Source: Pristiophorus japonicus | Taxonomy: Eukaryota | DNA length: 64,000 bases | Direction: 5' to 3' | Assembly: GCF_044704955.1 (NCBI RefSeq) | Contig: NC_091999.1 | Coordinates: 11,470,001-11,534,000 of the forward strand | In this document: piece after piece, positions 39,370 to 51,120 of the stretch | Layout of the letters: each line of letters starts with the position of its first letter | Numbering within the stretch: the first letter of the stretch is position 1 | Made by a program: the position numbers and the translations under genes | Notes under the pieces: model-generated | The model's input: only the letters and a program-made list of their open reading frames with translations | Databases searched by the model: none | What the model was told of the DNA's origin: nothing

Positions 39370-41012
39370 AGAATAGTCGGGAAATTGTGTTGTGGAAATT
39401 CATTGGATTGAAGGCAGATCAATCCCCAGGGCCTGATGGACTGCATCCCAGAGTATTTAAGGAGGTGGCCTTGGAAATAGCGGTTGCATTGACAGTTATT
39501 TTACAACATTCCATGGACTCTGGATCAGTTCCTTGGAGTGCAGGATAGACAATTTAACTCCACTTTTTAAAAAAGGAGGAAAAGAAAACAGGGAATTATA
39601 GACCGGTCAACCTGACATTGGTTGTCGGTAAAATGATGGAATCAATTAATAAGGATTTCATAGCAGCGCATTTTGAAAGAAGTGACATGATATGTCCAAG
39701 TCAGCTTGGATTTGTGAAAGGGAAATCATGCTTGACAAAGCTTCTGGAATGTTTTGAGGATGTTTCCAGTAGAGTGGACAAGGGGGAACCAGTTGATGAG
39801 GTGTATTTGGACTTTGAGAAGGCTTTCGACAAGGTCACACACAAGAGATTAATATACAAAGTTAAAGCACATGGGATTGGGGGGGGGGGATGGGTAGTGT
39901 GCTGACGTGGATTGCGCACTGGTTGGCAGACAGGAAGCAAAGAGTAGGGGTAAATGGGTATTTTACAGAATGGCAGGCAGTGACTAGCTGGGTACCGCAA
40001 CGTTCTGTTCTGGGGCCACAGCTGTTTACATTGTATATCAATACTTAGACGAGCGGATTAAATGTAGTATCTCCAAATTGGCAGAAGACACTAATTGGGT
40101 GGCAGTGTGAGCTGCGAGGAAGATGCTATGAGGCTGCAGAGTGACTTGGATAGGTTAGGTGAGTGAGCAAATGCATGGCAGATGAGGTATAATGTGGATA
40201 AATGTGAGGTTATCCACTTTGGTGGCAAAACAGAGACAGACTATTATCTGAATGGTGACAGATTCGGAAAAGGGGAGGTGCAACCAGACGTGGGTGTCAT
40301 GGTACATCAGTCATTGAATGTTGGCATGCAGGTACAGCAGGCGGTTAAGAAAGCAAATGGCATGTTGGCCTTCATAGCGAGGTGATTTGAGTACAGGGGC
40401 AGGGTGGTATTATTACACTTGTACAGGGCCTTGGTGAGGCCACACCTGGAGTATTGTGTACAGTTTTGTTCTCCTAACTTGAGGAAGGACATTCTTGCTA
40501 TTGAGGGAGTGCAGCGAATGTTCACGAGACTGATACCCGGGATGGCGGGACTGACATCTCATGATAGACTGGATCAACTGGGCTTGTATTCATTGGAGTT
40601 CAGAAGAATGAGAGGGGATCTCATAGAAACGTTTGCAATTCTGACGGGTTTAGAAAGGTTAGATGCAGGAAGAATGTTCCTAATGTTGGGAAGTCCAGAA
40701 CCAGGGGTCGCAGTCTAAGGATAAGTGGTAAGCCATTTGGGACCGAGATGAGGAGACACGTCTTCACCCAGAGAGTGATGAACCTGTGGAATTCTCTCCC
40801 ACAGAAAATTGTTGAGGCTAATTCACTAAATATATTCAAAAAGGAGTTAGAGATAGTCCTTACTACTAGGGGGTTCAAGAGGTATGGCGAGAAAGCAGGA
40901 ATGTGGTACTGAAGTTGCATGTTCAGCCATGAACTCATTGAATGGCGGTGCAGGCTCGAAGGGCCGAATGGCCTACTCCTGCACCTATTTTTTATGTTTC
41001 TATGTTTCTATG
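39370..41012 (+). mobile_element. 5'-truncated CR1 LINE
   Basis: SPGPDGLHPRV, YLDFEKAFDKV and RPHLEYCVQF; (tatgtttc)n tail. Confidence 0.92.
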
Positions 41013-41014
41013 TA

Positions 41015-42140
41015 ATACCACATATTAGGCTTGTTAGCAAAATTGAAGCGTTTGAGATATAAACGGCATTATCAGCATGGATACAAAATTGGCAAAGGGA
41101 CATAAATCAGGATGATGTCTGCTTGTCGGACTGGAGGGCGGAATACAGTGGTGTTCGCCAGGGTCCAGTACTTCGACCACAGCTGCCGTTGATATATATT
41201 AATGATTTGGACTTGTGGGTACAGGGCATAATTTCGAAATTTGCAAATGGCACGAAACTTGGCAGCGTCGTAAACAGTATTGAAGATAGTTATATACTAG
41301 AAGAGGAGATAGACAGACTAGTGAAGTGGGCGGTATCGTGGAAGATGAAATTCAATGCAGAAAATTGTGAGGTGACACATTTTTGTAGGAAGGATAAGGA
41401 GAGACAATGCAAGCTAAATTTAAAAAAAATTAAAGAAACTGCAAAAACAGAGAGGTCTGGGTGTATTTGTGCACAAACCCTTGTGGGTGGCAGGACAGGT
41501 TAATAAAGCAGTTAATGAAACGTATGGGATTCGGGGTTCTATAAAGAAAGGCATAGCGTATAAAAGCGAGGAAGTTATGCTAAACCAACGTAAAACGCTA
41601 GTTCGGACCCAAGAAAAAATATTAGTCCAATTCTGGGCACCACACATTAGGAAGCTGTGGAGAGGGTATGGAGAGATCTACTAGGATTGTGCCAGGATGT
41701 GGAGATACAGTCACGTGGATAGCCTGGCGATCTGGATTTGTTCTCCTCGGGGCAGAGAAGGCCAAGAGGAAATTTGATACATGTTTTTGAAAACATTAAG
41801 GGTTTAGAAAGAGAATATAATGACATACTACTATGAATAGCGGAATAGTCAATAACCAGACAACACATATTTAAGGGGATTGGGATAAGAACCAGAGGCG
41901 GCATTTGGAAAAACGTTTTAGTGCAACGAGTGGTTAGGATTTGGAATACACTGCCTGATAGAGTGATGGAAACAGCCTTCAAAGGGATACTGGACAAATA
42001 ATTAAAGGAAAAATAATCGGAGGGATGTAGGGAAGGAGCAGAGCATGGAGCTAACCGCTTTGCTCCTCGAAAAAGCCTGCATAGACAAGATGAGCTGAAT
42101 GGTCTAATTCGATGTTGCACTACTCTAAGATATTATGATG
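41015..42140 (+). mobile_element. Older CR1 LINE RT/3' fragment
   Basis: SGVRQGPVL, YINDLD, FANGTKL and VQFWAP. Confidence 0.85.
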
Positions 42141-42390
42141 ACCCCCGCTGCTTCAGCCTCAGTCCAGAACTTCACTCCCAGGGCCGCCGTGGTTACACTG
42201 CCGCCACCTCAGTCCAGATATCTCAGTCATAGGGCCGCCTAGATTGCACTGCTCCCCCCAAAGTTAATGAACTTCACTATCAGTACCACCTAGATGACAC
42301 ATCTCCCTCCATATTCCACGGATTTCACTCCCAGGGCCAATTAGATTACACTGCCTGCTCCTCAATCCAGCTATTTAACTACCAGGGTAT
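42140..42390. repeat. ~50-bp minisatellite, about 5 diverged copies
   Basis: cctcagtccaga..ttcactcccagggcc...gattacactgc units. Confidence 0.7.
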
Positions 42391-42649
42391 ATTTTATTGT
42401 GGCTAGTAGAACAAGAACATCATCAACTTGTTTCGACCCAGGTAGACATGTTCTGGTAATTTATAGAAGCGAAGAAAACTGAATGGAGAAAAGTGTTGAC
42501 ACAAAGGAATCAAAGGAAACTGCATAAAATATTCCCGAATCACACAAATATCCTTTAAACATCTACACTTTACATGAAACTCTTGGGAAGAATTCGAAGC
42601 CTCGCTTAAACAAAATCACAGAACCATGTCTATCAGTCAACATATCCCA

Positions 42650-43232
42650 TGCCTGCATCTATTCACAATCTATATCAATGGTTTAAATGAGGGGACCAAA
42701 TGTGATGTATCCAAGTTTGTTGATGATACAAAGCTATATAGGAATGTACTTTATGAGGAGGATGCAAAGAGGCTTGAAGTCGATACCGATAGGTTAAGTG
42801 TGCGAGCAAGATCTAAGCAAATTGAATGTAATTTCGAGAAGTGTGAAGATATCCACTTTGGCAGGAAATATGAAAGCAGAGTACTTCTAAATGGTGAGAG
42901 ATTGGGAAATAAGAAATAAGAAATAGAAGCAGGCGTAAGCCATACTGCCCCCCGAGCCTGCTCCACCATTTAATACGATCATGGCTGATCCGATCATGGA
43001 GTCATGTTGGTGCTCACCGTGACCTTCGTGCCCCTGTGCAGGAATCTTTGAAAGTTAACATGCAGGTGTAGCAAACGATTAAGAAAGACCATTGTATGCT
43101 GGCCTTTATTACGCAGGATTGGAGTATAAGAGTAAAGTATGTCTTAATGCAATTATATATGGCCTGGTGAGACCACACCTGGAATATTGTGAACAGTTTT
43201 TGTATCCTTACCTAAGGAAGGGTTTACTTGCC
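42650..43232 (+). mobile_element. CR1 RT fragments
   Basis: FTIYING, KFVDDTKL and VRPHLEYC. Confidence 0.8.
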
Positions 43233-43234
43233 AT

Positions 43235-43790
43235 CAGCATCATATGCAGTCTTTTGGAGACGAGAGTGACTTGCTTCCAACACTAGAAATTAGGCCTCAG
43301 GTAATTGAAGAGTCCAATACGGAGCCTACAGTCTCTGATATAGGTGGCGCAAACGGTGGGTGAAGGAACAGGTGGGTGGCGTGCCTGGGTTGCCACGCGC
43401 TCCATCTGTTGTCGATGCTTGGTTTCAGCTTGCTTGGTGAAGAGACTCGAGAAGTTCAGCCTCTTCCCGGATCCTTTTCCTCCACTTTGGGCGGACTCAG
43501 GCCAGGGATTCCCAGGTGTCAATGGGGATTACATTTTTCAATGAGGCCTTGAGACTGTTCTTGAAGTGTTTCCTCTGCCCACCTGGGGCTCACTTGGTGT
43601 CGGCGCTCCGAGTAGAGCGCTTGCTTTGGCAGTCTCGTGACAGGCATGCGGGCAATGTGGCCTGTCCAGCGGAGCTGATCGAGCGTGGTTAGTGCTTCGA
43701 TGTTGTGGATATTGGCCTGAGCGAGGACACTGACATTGGTGTGCCTATCCTGCCAATGGATTTTCAGGATCTTGCGGAGGCAGTATTGGT
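43235..43790 (-). mobile_element. RTE-clade LINE 3' fragment
   Basis: Minus strand LRWTGHIARMPVTRLPKQALYS...APGGQRKHFK, typical of the RTE C-terminus. Confidence 0.8.
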
Positions 43791-45336
43791 GGGGATCAAG
43801 GGGTATGGAGAGAAAGCAGAAAAGTGGTACTGAGGGAATGATCAGCCATGATCTTATCTAATGATGGTTCAGACTCGAAGGGCCGAATGGCCTACTCCTA
43901 CACCTATTTTCTATGTTTCTTTGTTTCTATGTTTCTATGTGCTGATCAGCAAGGGTCAAATCTCCCAGCGGAAACAGTGAATTTTTAAGCTCATCTTCAT
44001 TTAATTGTTTTTTTTTTCTCACTGTAAGTGATCATGTACAAGGCTCGGCATTCATCATCAGTGTCACCGTAATATACCTCCCAATAAATGGACACTGGGA
44101 ACTGTTCCATACACAGGCTTATTGTCTGTTTTCACCCAGTATCTGAACAATATAAAAGGTCTCATCGGATCCGTTAGAGGGCGCCGTGGTCACAGATTCC
44201 TCGCCGCTCCCTGGGGACGTGAACCGTTAAACTTTCTGATTTGTATAAACACATTGTAATTTCAAAGCTTACTTTTATCTGTTTTTGTTTTCATGGGATT
44301 CAGCAAATTTCTCCCATCCCTTTTACTTCATCAGCTATTCATCATCACTATCGCTACCACACTTATGAATTAATCCTTATGCTGCAATTCTTAAAGCTAC
44401 AGCAAGTGACATTTTTATTAGCTGTCGTTTAGAACAATACACCTTATATATTAATATATGGAATGGACGAAATACTCCGAGAGACAAGACTGTAACCCGG
44501 GTGAGGAGTTTCTCCCGTATCACTAACCACCATTTGCCTTTGCATGTGATTAATTTCAGCACAGTGTAATGGCATCTGCTGTTCGTTTCAGGCTGACATT
44601 AATCTAATACTTTCGGCAGAAATTTGGCGAAGGGACTCATAACCCCGTCGAGAAATTAACGACACAGTCGGATGATGGTGGTAAGATATTATCTCGGTGA
44701 AAATACAACGGTTTCAATATAGATGAAGATGTTCAGCTTCCTTCACTCACGCTCACCAATCAGACAGGGATGGAGTTTGATTACCCTTCTGCTGGGGAAA
44801 CACAAGGGGAAGATTTCCACTGGTCTCTGTGGAAATCTCATCTGAAAGTTGTTTTGGCGGAATCACAATGTAATTCTTTTAGAATGCATTCAGTACTTTG
44901 TCAGAAATAGCGACAAGAGCAAATCGACCGCACAGAGTGGACAGATCCCTGTAAACACTAATGTTACAGGAGAAAGACATTAATGCCCTTGTTGAATCAT
45001 TGCACACCAGCAAAAAATAAACAGACAGTCAGTAAAGTGACTGATTCCGGCCTGGTGAATATAATCGCACAATGACGCAATGCTAAAGCTTTCCTCGCCC
45101 CAAAGACTGCACACAGCGAGTGACTGACTCTACAGGCCGATATTTTATGCTGCGACCGTCAGTATCGATGATCAAACCTGCTATCATTAGAACTTATAGA
45201 GACAATCCTTGCAGTAACATTGCCTGAGGCAGCCCCTTCCACAGCTTCCGTTCGCTGCTCTTGTTCTCACCCGCCTTGCCTGCCCTGTGTCATTGGAGAG
45301 ATTGCTGCAGCTGTTACGAAACTGTAAACAGGTGGA

Positions 45337-45470
45337 AGGTTTTGTATAGTAACTGCCGCGTTTCCTCTCAGTGTGTGGTCTAATGCACAGTAATACACCA
45401 CGGTATCCGTGCTCTCCGTTCTCTCAATGACCAGTTGACAGCATTTGTCCGCAGTGAAAACATCCAATTC
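45337..45470 (-). pseudogene. 5'-truncated V remnant (FR3 only) with an intact 23-RSS
   Basis: ADKCCQLVIERTESTDTVVYYCALD; RSS CACACTG-AGAGGAAACGCGGCAGTTACTAT(23)-ACAAAACCT at 45375-45337. Confidence 0.85.
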
Positions 45471-45673
45471 ATGGATGGCAGGCATGGAAAGGACATCGAG
45501 TGGCAAAAAGGTGTGTTCTGGCACTATAGATGGATTTGTGAAGTTCATTTTTATCATTTTGAAATTACCAACTAATGCAAGTCCCCCAGAGGACTTTACC
45601 TTTTCTTGTTCCGTGTAATGTTTTGTCGAACTTTTAAGAAGGACCATGTGACACTCAATGTTTACCAGTGTGA

Positions 45674-45690
45674 GAGTGCCCTCTGGTGAG
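45674..45690 (-). promoter_or_regulatory. CTCF-like motif ~23 bp downstream of a V RSS
   Basis: CTCACCAGAGGGCACTC. Confidence 0.6.
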
Positions 45691-45713
45691 CACCAGCTGG
45701 AACTCTCAGTGTG

Positions 45714-45753
45714 GGTTTTTGTAAGGCATCGGCTATATCTCTGCAGCAGTGTG
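45714..45753 (-). other. 23-type RSS (24-bp spacer)
   Basis: CACACTG-CTGCAGAGATATAGCCGATGCCTT(24)-ACAAAAACC. Confidence 0.9.
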
Positions 45754-46246
45754 GGCTTCATGGCACAGAAATACACGGCGGTGTCGGAGATCAGGGCGTT
45801 GCTGATTGTTAGCTCAGTAATCTTGCTGTTTTTATTAAACGTAGTAGATAATCTGGCAGTGACATCAGGATTTCTGTTTACTTTCCCTGCATAGAGATAA
45901 AACACGAACTGTGGAGGTTGCCAGGGGTGTTGCTTGTACCAGTACACATAAGGGTTAGGAGCACTTGTTTTCAAGGTGGCAGTTAGAGTGACATTACTTT
46001 CCTCTTCAACCATCATTTCAGGAACAGGCTGATCCACTGTGTCTTGTTGGCTCCATTCTAACATAAAATAAAATTAATAGTCATCATCATCATCATCATC
46101 TAAAGCAACATAATCATCGTTAGGATCATGTCATCAATTAGCACATCTGGGTTGTAACATTCGGGGGAGAATTGAATTTTACTGGAAAGGAATTACTTAC
46201 TGAGAAGTGATATAATGATGAGGAGCGGTGTGAGACAGTTGCACAT
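45754..46246 (-). CDS. TRAV: TCR alpha/delta V gene segment (leader 46246-46201, V exon 46057-45754); open frame, Cys23 missing
   Basis: MCNCLTPLLIIISLL-|gtaagt...ttag|WSQQDTVDQP...VTLTATL...YVYWYKQ...DTAVYFCAMKP. Confidence 0.9.
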
Positions 46247-47013
46247 GATGCTCCCGAAGTCTGTAACTCTGCACTCCTGGAAATCCTCTGTCGGAGCAGA
46301 AATACAGATCTCCGCCCCACTGTATTTCTGGTCCAACCAATGCCAAACAGGAAACCGTGGTAGCATTCACTCCAATAACACAGTGCAGGCAAAACAGGTC
46401 AGAGCGACTGCAGCAAATAGAAGCTGTGGGCGGCGCTGCCTTGGGCAGAGTTTTCACAAGCAGGATGCATTTGTAATGGATGTCGTGTTGTCCGCACTTT
46501 CTCTCATAATGATCCCTTCCTTGATTCAAAGGGCACTGTCTTCAGTGTCAGGACGAGTTACAGCCTGAAACAATTGTTCAGTCATTTCTTTGAAGAAGAC
46601 GAAATAAAAAACAGATTCTGAAATAGGGGCGTTACTTTGATATTAATGTATATGTTTTTATGATTTATCATCAATTTTTATGGTGATTTTTCAATGTTAC
46701 TCTTACTGTGCATATGTTGTTAATATCACAACATTTTCAAACTCCATGCTCTGGGGAAGGACACGGGTTCAACCTATAAACGGCGACTTCACGACTGATA
46801 TCAGGATATTCCTCTTCACCCAGAGAGAGTGATCAATATGTGGAATATATTTCAGTTAGAATGGGGAGTAAAATGTACTGGAATCGTTGGATGCTACAAG
46901 GAAACGCGAGAGCTAAGATGTCTCTGGGTGACGGAGATCACCTCTCATTACCTTGTAAACTGCAACGTTTTGGCAATTGGCGCCAATAATTTCACCTCGC
47001 ATATACTAGTACG

Positions 47014-47031
47014 TGCCACCAGAGGGCGGTG
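47014..47031 (+). promoter_or_regulatory. CTCF-like motif between head-to-head V genes
   Basis: TGCCACCAGAGGGCGGTG; paralogs at 63057 and 53863. Confidence 0.7.
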
Positions 47032-47249
47032 CGAAACAGTGAGAAAAACTGAGTGTGGGCAGCCCGGTGTGTGCTCAAAGACATTGTGAGCTGGTGTCAG
47101 TGAGAAACACTAATTGTGGGGGCCCAGGTTGGGTAAGCTCCAAGAAGCCGCTGAGCGGGACTTTGTCTCAATGATAATTCTGCTGATTATAATATCTGTG
47201 ACCTCGTTCTAACAAGAACTCTGTGTACAATCATTCTGCCTCATTTTCA

Positions 47250-47345
47250 GCTGATGAGATAATCCTCCGGGTTTTTAGACTTTCGCTGCTGATTTACACT
47301 ATGATCAGTGCAATTATTGACGCCAATTCCTGATAAGTTGCAGTT
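47250..47345 (+). pseudogene. Truncated remnant of the 63.3 kb leader-V family
   Basis: ataatcctccgggtttttagactttcgctgctgatttacact aligns with ataatgctccggatttacagagttgccctgctgatttacact; the ATG is lost and the rest of the V is missing. Confidence 0.6.
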
Positions 47346-48319
47346 CATAAGGAAATGAAAACTAGTTGGGCTACTCACTCGTTCTCGTGTTGGCTTCAGC
47401 ATCTACAGAGATCCGAGCTCTCGCCTTGCCTTGTCATCCACGATTCAAGTGTATTGTACTCCCTATGTTAACTGAAATCTATTCTGCACATTGATCACTC
47501 TCTGTGCGTGAAGAGGAATTTCCTGATACGATTCTTAAATTCTCCATTAATAGTTTGAACAGCTGTCATTCCGCAAATAAATGCTAATATTTTCAACATC
47601 TCAACATTACTATTAACATTGAATACTCACAATAAGAATTCATAATAATCCTTAAAAACACACATATTAATTTCAAAGCAACGTATCTATTTCCAAATCT
47701 GCTTCTTTCATCACTTTTCTTCATGTAAGTTGCTGAACGATGTTTTCAGTCTGTAACTCACCCCGACACTGAAATCATCGGCGAACACATGTTCCCACTG
47801 TCATCTGGTGGCGACTGCAGTTAATGGTACAACTAGTGCCTTCTCCCAGTTCACAGGATCATTCGAAATGAGCGAAGCCATTCGGCCCTTATTGTCCCAG
47901 CCACCCAGAGAGATACTATCTTCCATATCGACTGGGCCTCAAAATTTTCCTTAAACGATTCCAGGATATATTCTTCGACCACCCTATTCAGAAATGTATT
48001 TCATACATTCACAAATTTCCAAGTGTGAGGAAGATATCGTCCTATAATTACCATTTAAATTTTGAACTCCTTCTCCTCTATTCTACTTCAAACAGTTCAA
48101 TTTAATCTAATATCTTTTAAGCATCAACTATGTGATACTAGTCGAGATATATTTGTAGTCCCGCACTGGGATATGCTGCTGATTATGTCTGAATCCTAAT
48201 TTATTAAAGATGAAGGAACATAGCAGTAGGCCATGCAACCATTCTAGCTTCATCAGCAAATCTAGTAGATCATAACTGATCTGTATTATAACTCCATCTG
48301 CCACATCTGGTTCTGCATT

Positions 48320-51120
48320 CAAAAGAACATAAGAACATGAGAACTAGGATCAGTAGTGGGCCATCTAGCCCCTCGAGCCTGCTCCGCCATTCAACAAGAT
48401 CATGGCTGATCTGGCCGTGGACTCAGCTCCACTTACCCGCCCGCTCCCCATAACTCAAAATTCCCTTATTGGTAAAAAAAACAATCTATCTATCTGTGAT
48501 TTGAATACATTAAATGAGCTCGCATCAACTGCTTCCTTGGGCAGAGAATTCCACATATTCACAACCCTCTGGGAGAAGAAATTACTTCTCAACTCGGTTT
48601 TAAATTAGCTCCCCCGTATTTTGAGGCTGTGCCCCCTAGTTCTAATCTCCCCGACCAGTGGAAACAACCTCTCTGCCTTTCTCTTGTCTATCCCTTTCAT
48701 TATTTAAAATGTTTCTATAAATTCACCATTCATCGTTCTGAACTCCAACGAGTAAAGACCCAGTCTACTCAATCTATCATCATCTCCGGAATCAGCCTAG
48801 TTAATCGTATCTGTACCCCACTCCGAAGCTAGTATATCATTCCTTAAGTAAGGTGACCAAAACTGCACGCAGTACTACAGGTGCGGCCTCACAATACCCT
48901 GTACAGTTGCAGCAGGACATCCCTGCTTTTGTACTCAATCCCTCTTGCAATGAAGTCCAGCATTCCATTCGCCTTCCTGATTACCTGCTGCACCTGCAAA
49001 CTAACTTTTTGGAATTCATGCACAAGGACCCCCAGGTCTCTCTGCACCGCAGCATGTTGTAATTTCTCCCCATTCATATAATATTCCCTTTTACTGTTTT
49101 TTTTTCCAAGGTGGATGACCTCACATTTTCCGACATTGTATTCCATCTGCCAAACTTTAGCCCATTCGCTTAACCTATCTACATCTCTTTGTAGCCTCTC
49201 TGTGTCCTCGACACAACCTGCTTTCCCACGAATCTTTGTGTCATCTGCAAATTTTGTTACACTACACTCTGTTCCCTCTTCCACGTCATCTATGTATATT
49301 GTAAACAGTTCTGGTCCCAGCACCGATCCCTGTGGCACACCACTAACCACTGATTTCCAACCCGAAAAGGACCCATTTATTCCGACTCTCTGCTTTCTGT
49401 TAGCCAGCCAATTCTCGATCCATGCTAATACATTTCCTCTGACTCCGCGTACCTTTATCTTCTGCAGTAACCTTTTGTGTGGCACCTTATCGAATGCCTT
49501 TTGGAAATCTAAATACACCACATCCAACGGTACACCTCTATCAACCTTGCTTGTTATATCCTCAAAGAATTCCAGACAATTAGTTCAACATGATTTTCCC
49601 TTCATGAATCCATGTTGCGTCTGCTTGATTGCACTATTCTTATCTAGATATTCCGCTATTTCTTCCTTAATGATAGCTTCAAGCATTTTCCCCACTACAG
49701 ATGATAAACTAACCTGCCAATAGTTATCTGCCTTTTGTCTGCCCCCTTTTTTAAACAGAGGCATCACATTAGCTGCTTTCAAATCCGAAGGTACTTCCCC
49801 AGATTCCAGCGAATTTTGATAGATTATAACGAATGCATCTGCTATAACTTCCGCCATCTCTTTTAATACCCTAGGATGCATTTCATCAGGACCAGGGGAC
49901 TTGTCTACCTTGAGTCCAATTAGCCTGTCCAACACTACCTCCCTAGTGATAGTGATTATTTCAAGGTCATCCCTTCCCACATTCCCGTGACCAGCGATTT
50001 TTGGCATGTTTTTTGTATCTTGCACTGTGAAGAGCGAAGCAAAATAATTGTTTAATGTCTCAGCCATTTCCACATTTCCCATTATTAAATCCCCCTTCTC
50101 ATCTTCTAAGGGACCAACAATTACTTTAGTCAGTCTTTTCCGTTTTATATATCGGTGAAAGCTGTTACTATCTGTTTTTATGTTTGTGCAAGTTTACTTT
50201 CATAATCTATCTCTCCTTTCTTTTTTCCTTTCTGAGTCATTGTTTGATGTCGTTGAAAATGTTCCCAATCTTCTAGTTTCCCACTAACCTTGGCCACCTT
50301 ATACGCATTTGTTTTTAATTTGATACTCTCCTTTTTTTCCTTGGTTATCCACGGCTAGTTATCCCTTCTCTTACCACCCTTCTTTTTCACTGGAATATAT
50401 TTTTGTTGAGCACTATGAAAGAGCTCCTTAAAAGTCCTCCACTGTTCCTCAGTTGTGCCACCGTTTAGTCTGTGCTCCCAGTCTACTTTAGCCAACTCGG
50501 GCCTCATCCCACTGTAGTCCCCTTTGTTTAAGCATAGTACGTTCGTTTGAGACACTACTTCCTGACCCTCCATCTGTATTACAAATTCAACCATACTGTG
50601 ATCACTCATTCCGAGAGGATCTTTTACTAGGAGATCGTTTATTATTCCTGTCTCATTACACAGGACCAGATCTAAGATAGCTTGCTCCCTTGTACGTTCT
50701 GTAACATACTGTTCTAAGAAACGATCCCGTATGCATTCTATGAATTCCTCCTCAAGATCCCCCGTGCGATTTGATTTGACCAATCGACATGTCGATTAAA
50801 ATTCCCCATGATTACTGACGTTTTTTTTCACATGCCTCCATTATTCCCTGATTATTGTCCGCCCCACCGTGAGGTTATTATTTGGGGGCCTATAAACTAC
50901 GCCCACCAGTGACTTTTTCCCCTTATTATCTCTAATGTCCAGCCACAATTCTTCAACATTTTGTTCATTAGAGCCAATATCGTCTCTCACAACTGCCCTG
51001 ATATCATGCTTTATTAACAGAGCTAGCCCACCTCCTTTCCCTTCTTGTCTATCTTTCCGAATTGTCAGATCCCCCTGTATGTTTAATTCCCAGTCTTGGC
51101 CACCCTGCAACCACGTTTCC
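48320..51120 (-). mobile_element. CR1 LINE ORF2 (endonuclease to tail), relatively young, 5'-truncated
   Basis: ETWLQG, VVYRPP, GMSDH, SPGPD, YLDFQKAFDKVPH, GVPQGSVLGP and FADDTK in long ORF pieces. Confidence 0.95.

Noticed and set aside
44560-44566. Isolated CACAGTG heptamers (also ~46380, ~53220 and ~63123)
   Set aside because: No nonamer at 12 or 23 bp; expected by chance
49115-49723. Long + strand ORFs antisense to CR1 RT (also 3533-3895 and 56730-57161)
   Set aside because: Shadow ORFs on the opposite strand of LINE reverse transcriptase
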